Assembly (NCBI RefSeq): GCF_009914755.1
Contig: NC_060926.1
Strand: one strand, 5' to 3'
Length of the DNA: 64,000 nucleotides
DNA from: the human T2T-CHM13v2.0 reference genome, Homo sapiens
Shown here: in pieces, positions 54,735-64,000 of the stretch
How positions within the stretch are numbered: the first letter of the stretch is position 1
Layout: each line of letters begins with the position of its first letter
Position numbers and translations under genes: made by a program
Notes under the pieces: model-generated
The model's database searches: none
Told to the model about the DNA's origin: nothing
Seen by the model: the letters and a program-made list of their open reading frames with translations, nothing else

Positions 54735-57720
54735 TCATTATATGTTATGAACTCAATAATACATTGTTATAGTTATTATTTTATATAATCTTATATCTCT
54801 TAAAAAACTCGAAAAAAGAAAGGAGAGAGAGTATGTGTTTGTAGAATTGTTACATGTACCTTTTATTTACCATTTTTTATTCTTTGTATTTCTTCCATTG
54901 AATTATAGTTGCTGTCTGTGTTATTTCTTACTCTATACAACTTTTCTCCTACCCACCTCCTCTGTGCTGTTATTGTCAAATATATTATTGTCTAATGTTT
55001 TAAACCCAACAATCCAATTATATACATATATTTTATGCAACTATTCCTTAAATGAGTTAAGAAAATGAATAGTAATAATTATCCAATTATACTGTCCTTT
55101 ATACTTACATAATTACCATTATTGGAAATTTTTTATTTTTTAATGTGTTTTTTTATTACTACCCAGTTTCATTAGCTTTAAGCCTGAAGAATTCTTTTTA
55201 ATATTTTCTTGTGAGTCTGCCAGCAATAAATTCCTCAAATTTTGTTTTTCTGAGAATGTCTTTATCTTCATTTATTAAAGATAATATTGATGAATATGAG
55301 ATACTTAGTTGACAGTTTTTTTCATTTTAGCACTTTAAATATATTATATCTTTGCCTTTTGGCTTCTGTTGCTTCTCATGAGAATTCAGTTTTTAAACTT
55401 TTTGGGATTCCCTTGTATATCACAAGTCATTTTTCTCTCTGACTGCCTTCAAGACTTTGTCTTTGGCATCAACATTTTGACTATGTCTAAGTGTGGATTT
55501 CTTTGTGCTTAAAATATTTAGAGTTCATCAAAATTCTTAAATTATCTGATCAATGTTTTTCATCAAATGTAGAAAGTTTTCAGTCTTTCTTGGAATATTT
55601 TTCTGCCCTTTTCTTTCTCTTCTTCATGGTTTTTCCATTATACCTTTGTTGGGGTACTTATTGGTGTCTTACTTTTCTCTGTGGCTCACTTCATTTATTC
55701 TTATTCTTTTTTCTCTATCTTCTTCCGATTACATAACCTGTATTGCTCTATCATCAAGTTTGCTGATTCTTTCCTTTGTCAACTCAAATCTACTGTTGAG
55801 CCAATTTAGTGAATATTTCATTTTGATTATTGCATTTTCAACTATAAAATTTTCATGCGGTTCTCCAAAAAACAATTTCTCTCTCTTTCTATTCATGGAA
55901 CATTATTGCCATTTTTCTTTAATTTTTTTTAGACACGGTTTCTTAGTTCTTTGAATATATTTATAGTGGCTGATTTAAAGTCTGTGATAACTGCAGTATC
56001 TAGACCATTTCCAAATAAGTTTCTATTATCTGCTTTTTCTGTATATGGTTATGATTATCTCTGTTTCTGTGCATCTCAAAATTTTACGTTGCAAATGCAG
56101 CCTTTCAGATAATATATGGTAGCACCGCATGTTGCTGATCCCATTCACCCCAGGTTATGTTGTAGCTTTTTCATTGGCCATGTATTTATTTGCTTAATAA
56201 TATTTAGTTGCCATTAAACATTTAAATAATATTTTATTTGTTTAATGGCTAGACTTCCTGCAGAGTCATTTCTCAGTACGACCATGTGACTTTTGATGTA
56301 CTCGCTCAGAATTTTTCTTATTTTAATATTTCAGCCTGGTTATGTAGGTATTGTCCCTGGATTAGCATAGGTCATTTATTATTCAGGAGTTGTGCTTAAT
56401 CCCTCTTCACCTGTTAGATTTTTAATCTTTATCATTGAACGTATTTGTGGTGTGGAGGCTGCTGTTAAGAGTCAAAGGAATCTGTTTTTGCCACGTCTTC
56501 ACGCAAGTATGAGTAGCTTAGATTTTACTTCTCCATTCACTCCTGGAGGGCAACATCTTGGCCATACATACAATCTTCCAGGTTGCCATGGATACATGTA
56601 ATGTCATTTTAAAGCTTAGTTTTCTAGGAGTTGCCCCTATGTCAAAATAGCTTTTTGTTTAGCTAGAAAATGGTCAGAGGTTGTGCTTAAGCTCTTGCGC
56701 CACTGAGACTTCTGCCCTTTGCTGATGCCCGTTGTTGTGGTTAAGGAATTCTTTCAAATATTCTTTACATTCTGCCCTGATTACTCCTGACAAGGTACAG
56801 TTTAGAGCATATAGACAGCCCTTCCAACCCTGTTGGCTGTCATCACAGGATAGACCTTCTTGGCTCACTCATTCTCTGCTTCTCTATGATAAAATTCTGA
56901 TGCTCAGCAGTTTTGCTTATTAATACTTGTATCATGGAGTTATAGATATGTCTTCTTAATTGCCCTTCCCCAAAAACTCCATTGCTTTTAGCAGAATCCT
57001 TAGGCATGAAATCCTCCATAATTTATTACAAATAAAATTAGTTTTCTCATGTAGAGCTGTGGAGCTCTTCGCCCTTAGGTATGACCTCTCCAGCTTACCT
57101 CTCCCCATAGGTAGAACCTCTGCACTACTACACTAGAACTGGGCACAGGGACAGTAGCCTACATTTCCTGGAGTGACAGCTCTGCTTCGAGAGTGTAGGT
57201 TGGAAGGGGCTCTGGTCTTCTTGCCTTGCCTCTCCTGGTATGTAACCTATGCCCTATGAGTGAGCTTGTAGCTATTGTATAAGAGAACAGAATACAGTAT
57301 TCTTGGTCTGTTGCATCTAGGGTAAAGCTTCACCCTTGTGATTAAAGGCTAGGTGAAGCAAGGGTCCTCTCAACCGCACCTGCCTGAAATACAACTTACA
57401 TGGACTTAACATGGCTGAGGGTGGAATGAGAAATTCTTACAGCCTGTTCGCTCCACCTGCAAGTTGAAACCAAGGCCCCACCTGGAATCTGCAGGAGAGA
57501 GAGGACCGCATCTTCTTGGCTTCACCTTCCTATATTAGAGCTCCTGGAGTACTTTTTTTTCATAAGATGGAGCCTATGAGGGACGGGTGAGAGGTGGAGG
57601 TGGGGGTGAAGGTAGTTTGTGGTTCAAATGCCACAGATCCTTACTATCCTAGACAAATTTAGAAGATTTTCTTGAATAAATGTTACTCCTTTGTTCTCCA
57701 TATGCCCACAAAAATTTTTC
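54735..57720 (-). mobile_element. Ancient L1 (L1MC/L1M4-like) ORF1 and long 5' region
   Basis: T-rich strand with 'tctgagaatgtctttatctt', 'cagcactttaaatat'-like and 'tcaagtttgctgattctttcc' ORF1-type motifs, grading into a GC-richer 5' region. Confidence 0.65.
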
Positions 57721-59061
57721 AGCTACCTCAGAGTAGCTTCTCCAGAAATACAGAGTTAACTCAAGGCAACGGCAACATGAGACACCTCAATTTGAGGGAA
57801 GCTTGTCCAAAATATTCCCCACCTCAGCTCTGAGCAAGTTGAATCTTTTCCCTGCAGCCTACTTGATTCTCAAAATGTCCCTGATTTGGCCAGTGGTTGC
57901 TTGCTTGAGCTGGCTCCTGTATCTTTTTGATGTGTCTCTCCCATTGTTTGAATATCTCTATTTTCAGGCACAAAAAAAACAATGTTTTATGTTCATGTGA
58001 ATCAGGCATTTCTCCAAGGAGTTCTAATTCCTTTCTAAAGCAGTTTTAAGAGTATTAAATATAATCTCTAAATGTTGGGAGCGCTAATGGGATTTTCTTT
58101 CCATTCTTTCTTATTAAAATATTTTGGTAAAGAAATTTCCTATTGCCCACTCCAAATTTATCTGAGCCAAAAGGGGCTCAGATAAATTTATCTGAGTCTG
58201 ACTACATATTATTTTCCCATTTAGCCTAGCCTTGTCATCATGCATTTTAACCAAGTCTTCACTAAAATAACTCATTAGCACCTTTTCTGTGATGTCAGTT
58301 TTCAAACCTGTAACAATATAATCTACTTCTTTCAAAAAGTTATCAAACTTAAAGAAAACTGAATCTGGAGTTTAAAAAATATAAGTTATATTTACTTCAG
58401 GGAAAAAATATCAAACTGTGTCTTGCAACTGCAGAAATTCAACCCATAACCCTATTTCATTTTCTATATTTTTCAGCTTTCTGAAAGTTGATCCATAAGT
58501 ATAGTTACTTAAGTCATAACATCAGAAATAGACTTGGAATGAAAAAGAAATATGTCAATATGGTGTCTACATATTTTTCTTAAATATGAAAAAATAAAAG
58601 TCAAATTATTAAAATGAAGTGGTAGGTAACATATCACTTTTTTTAGTTTGTATAATGCAGGACTTTAAAAGCTATTTATTAAAAGAAATGAAATTACATT
58701 TTTATTGTTCTTCAAGCCTCTTCAAGGCCATTCTTTCAAACTAACTTTAGATACTCATTTATTCTACACTTGATTCATTACTGAATTTTATTCCAGTTCT
58801 TTGCCCTTGTGTTTGAGGTGGTCATCTCAGATGGTTAGCTTTTTTTCCTCATGAAACATTTTTCTTTATGTTGTAATGACTTCATATTTTCTATTATAAA
58901 TTCTTTGGAAGTTAGCCCTAGTAAATAAAATTAAATCTAATTTTCTAAAATGTCTTTATAATTTGTACTCAGTTACACTTGATGGTAAGCAGTATTTATT
59001 GAACATACAATTCTAATGAAAATTGTCATAGTTATCTGTTCTCTGAAATTCTCTCTGGTAA

Positions 59062-59510
<449 letters not shown>

Positions 59511-59798
59511 AAAAGAACATTTTTTAAAATCACCTTTTTGGATGCAGCAGAGGATAAACATATGACTATTTTAAAACAAATACTTAATAATTAAGTAAAT
59601 CTAGATGATTCTTAGTATTTTAGCTAAAATTTTTTTACCGCTTTGTATTACTTGATTTGTTCATAATTTAAAAGGTTGAAATTACAAGAACGTGGCTTTA
59701 GAATGTCCAAGACATGAACTCAGTATTTACATACTATGCAGGTGATTCTGGGAAATCCTTTAGCATGATGGATCCTTTTTCCACTAAAAAATAGGATA

Positions 59799-60116
<318 letters not shown>

Positions 60117-60194
60117 CTAGAGTTGTATTAATTATATCTTTATGATAACATAATGTGTGTGAAGTGCACTGCCAATATATGATTATATATGTAG

Positions 60195-60496
<302 letters not shown>

Positions 60497-60779
60497 ATTT
60501 AGATCATTGTTAATGAATGCCCATAATAAGCTGTTTCCTTATACAAGCATTTGTCTTCCTTCTAATATTTACTTATGTAACAAAATTTACCTGTAATTTT
60601 AATTAAAATGGTTCCACATCTTGTTTCAGCTCTGAGTTTCAAACATAAGGTAACACTAGCTTAAAATAAGTCATATTAAAAAATTCATAACCTTAACTGT
60701 ATTTTTAAAGCTTAGCATTTTCAATTGCTTTCCACTTTGTATATCTTTTTTAAGATTCTCTGGGTTATATGTGCTTTCT

Positions 60780-60957
60780 AAAACAGCGCACACATAGCTG
60801 TCAAAACTAAACTATGCAAAGGAAAGGTCAGACTTCGACAGATAATTCCTGTTGCCGTGGAAACAAAGTCGGTTTTGGAAAAAGCTGCAAGTTCCTCTAA
60901 ATAACCACAGATTCAAAAACTTCATGGTCTTCCTTTGACAGGTGTAGTGATGTAAGT
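60780..60957 (+). promoter_or_regulatory. Candidate promoter/enhancer with an RFX X-box
   Basis: GTTGCCGTGGAAAC at 60851-60864, near-palindromic X-box, in non-repeat sequence with TGTCA/TGACAG, AAAGGTCA and AACCACA motifs; GTAAGT donor at 60952-60957. Confidence 0.5.
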
Positions 60958-62582
60958 ATTACCTAAAAAAGGGCCAATTCATGGGTCAGTCCTAAGAATT
61001 TTGAATATTGTCACTAATTTATCTGTCTTTAAGAGGCACCTATACATCCTATTCAGGGTCACATTCTTCTAGATAAAGAGCCTCAAATAAAATGAATCAG
61101 ATAGTTTCATTGAAACAAATTACTTGCTTATTACACATTCTTTTTCATCAATTATCATAAACTTCATTTCTTCTGCTTCATGGAAGAGTGAGCAAGATAC
61201 TGAATGGCTTTAGACTTACACCTTTCGGATATTTCTTTGTTTTGTTGGGAGAATTTATGTTAGATATACTAGTCTTCTATGCATTTGAGACAAGGGTATA
61301 GGAAAATAGGATTTGCACTGATGCTATGTAGAGCCAAGAGGGGCTACTTGAAAGAGATCAATAATGAATTAGAAAATATTTGGGGTTATACTCTTTTTTA
61401 GAGATCCATGCACTTGATAAAAAAAAAGTTATTATTAGCAACCAAGGTTGAATTGTATTGGGACCACTTTCCACGTGAACTGCGTAAGATCTGGAATCAA
61501 TTATTTATGTCTCAACTTGCCTATTTACATAGCAGTATTTTTTTATTAGACCTACACTGATAATAAGCACCTTGGAAAAAGTTGCAGGTAGAAATTTTAG
61601 TTACTTGATTACTACTTTTTCCCTCTCACTTTTTGAATTTTTTTCTTTATTTCTTGTCTTATTTTCTTTCTTTCCTCCTTAAATTTGTCAAACTATTTTA
61701 ATAATTCCACGAGTAAATACAATTAATATGTGAAGTTCATGAGAATATCATTTAAAAATTCAGAAATTTTCAAGTACATATAATTTTGCTTTAATGGCAT
61801 CACTACTAATTTTGTTTGATTTTTCTTTTTCCAAACACCCATGAAAATATTTTGAATGAAACTTAAAACAGAAAGAACTTTGAAAATATAAAATTTGTAT
61901 CAATTATTTCTAAAAGTCTAGGAGGAAATGTGTACTAACAATAGTTGAGTTTGAAGAACGAACAAGAATCACAATTAGTTGTTTTACTGCTGGAAAATAG
62001 TTTAGAACAAACTACAATGTAGGTGACAATGTAGGTGACTGATAGTCCCATAAGAGATGTAACCTGTTGTAACAATTACTCCTCTCTGATAACTGCACAT
62101 TGTCAGCCTTCCAGCAGAACAGATACTAAAGTGGAAATTCACAAAACCAAGGCATGGGTTAAGATTTATAATAGTATAGCAGTATTCTAAATGATAACCA
62201 CTTGAACTAAGGGAGAAAAGGTGGATAAAAAAATGTATGAGAGATGTTAAGGTAGAATTCTACAACTCAATTCTCTTACTTACATGACCAAACCCCAATT
62301 TATCCTTTTAGATGAACCCCAAAATGAACACTTAGTGAATTTGAAAAAAATGACTACTCTTTTTCATGCTTCCAGACACTATTCAAATTGCCAATATCCA
62401 TATCTTATCAGAAGGTAGAGTTCTCAGAATGTAGAATACAGATTTTCATCCTACCATATTGAACTCTATAGCCCTAATGTTTGCTATTGTACCTGTCAAA
62501 AAGTCATCATTCAATACATATTTGCCAAATTCAACTGTATTTGTTACTTTCTCAATTGTTTTTGCTTTTCTTTTTTTATCAG

Positions 62583-62664
62583 CTTCCTCAGGTTGAATAC
62601 TTTCTCCTTTTAAATCCAGTATTTGGGGTATGCAAGCAAAATCTATAAGATGAAAGGAATTGAG
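62583..62664 (+). other. Candidate spliced exon, possibly carrying a start codon
   Basis: Long polypyrimidine tract 'ttgtttttgcttttcttttttttatcag'; alternative acceptor AGs ending 62582, 62591 and 62619; donor GAG|GTTAGT at 62664/62665; aagATG at 62650 gives MKGIE. Confidence 0.4.
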
Positions 62665-63664
62665 GTTAGTCACAGTCTGACTTTACAATGGTCTTTCAAA
62701 TAGATAGGGTTCAGTATTAGAGAAGTGCATACCACTTCTTTATGCTTATAAGAGTCACAATAGGGTTTAGCTGTAAATAATAGCTTCAGACATTGAGGAT
62801 GTGTCTTTGAAAAAGACTGTTGAGCCATATTTTGAGGCGTTTTCTTTAAAAATAAGTTAATTCTCATCTATGGGCACTATAGATAATCTTCATTCATTTT
62901 TGTATACTGTATTAAAAGTGTGCAATAACTAAGATATTAGGTTCAGCAGTAAAGTTTGTAAAGTAGTCTATAATAATGAATCTGTCTTGGTATCTATAAT
63001 AAGTATTAGAGACATATTCAGCCTTAATGAAACATAAAATTCAGATTTACTAGTCAATTTTAGATTCCACAGAAATTATTTATTTTGATATTATAAGCAA
63101 AACATCTGTGTTTCTTTTGCTATTTTAAACATAAAATACGAAGTTAACCAAATTTGATCTTTATAAAATAATTATGTCAATAGTATTCCAACTTGTTCTA
63201 GAAATTCCAAGTTAGTAAGATATACAGACACATTCCATCATTTTCCTGTATGTATAAATTGGGCTTCCTCTCTGTTATTTCATTTACAGAGAAAGCGTAT
63301 AATCAATTTAGGACCATCTATCAAACATTTTATCATTGCACCGTAGTTCAAGGTAATCATACACAGGAGCAACAATTTCTGTGATTCTCTGCCAGGATAT
63401 CACACACACAATATAAATGGAGAGACGCAAACAGGAGACTTCTTCAGTAACTCCTTAGCAGGTATAGAGAACCTCATACCAGTATCCTAAAGTGAAATTG
63501 TTAATTACTAGGGGAAAGGATGACAGAAAGAAAGAGAAAAGATAAACTGGGAAATATTCACACAGAAAGAAAACAGTATTTGGAACATTTAAAAAATTAC
63601 CCAATTTTCTATTTTTTTTTTTTTTTAGGAAGAAATACGTTAGTACTAAAAATCTAACAATTAA

Positions 63665-63706
63665 ATATGTATGTATGTGTATGTGTGTGTGTGTATATAT
63701 ATATAT
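63665..63706. repeat. (ATGT)n(GT)n(AT)n microsatellite
   Basis: Seen directly. Confidence 0.85.
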
Positions 63707-63920
63707 GCACAAAGCCAAAATATCTCCTCTACCCCTGTCTATTATGTATGCAGAGCCCAATGTCCCCTCTCCTCAACATTTAATCAGTTTGTTTTGTATT
63801 TATTAATTCATTAGGTAGGGAGAAACAAATATAATCCTCCAGAGAGAGAAAGATTGCAAAAATTAGGTTGGTACTAAACTAATTGTGTTTTTTGACATGA
63901 AAAATAAGGGCCATTAAAAG

Positions 63921-63923
<3 letters not shown>

Positions 63924-63998
<75 letters not shown>
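63924..63998. repeat. (CT)n(AT)n compound microsatellite
   Basis: Seen directly. Confidence 0.95.

Positions 63999-64000
<2 letters not shown>

Noticed and set aside
62014-62039. 12-bp tandem duplication acaatgtaggtg x2 (also a 9-bp tandem at ~34727-34749)
   Set aside because: Ordinary short slippage duplications
62446-62673. 75-aa minus-strand ORF that reads like a natural protein
   Set aside because: Non-ATG start, no recognisable domain; its Lys-rich run is simply the complement of the + strand polypyrimidine tract

Overview
This is AT-rich primate (very likely human) genomic DNA, dominated by interspersed repeats. It contains about 13 Alu/FLAM elements, many L1 pieces of different ages, a MER52-type ERV1 solo LTR, a THE1A LTR-int-LTR element, two MST LTRs, ERVL remnants, L2/MIR relics and microsatellites. 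I can support no intact protein-coding gene, RNA gene or CRISPR array, and the supplied ORFs are almost all repeat-derived. The non-repeat signals are a polyadenylated 3'UTR retrocopy at 8.2-8.8 kb (resembling HNRNPA3, from memory) and an RFX X-box motif cluster with candidate + strand exons at 60.8-63.4 kb, possibly the 5' end of a gene. The most interesting observations are rearrangement footprints: a locally copied LTR fragment, an apparent deletion at the retrocopy/THE1A junction, an L1 with an inverted 5'UTR piece, an L1 with a ~4.7 kb internal deletion, a mosaic AluY/Ya5 and a short L1 3' transduction. I found no evidence of a wholly new biological system. Subfamily calls come from recalled consensus sequences, not a database search, and boundaries of old repeats are approximate.
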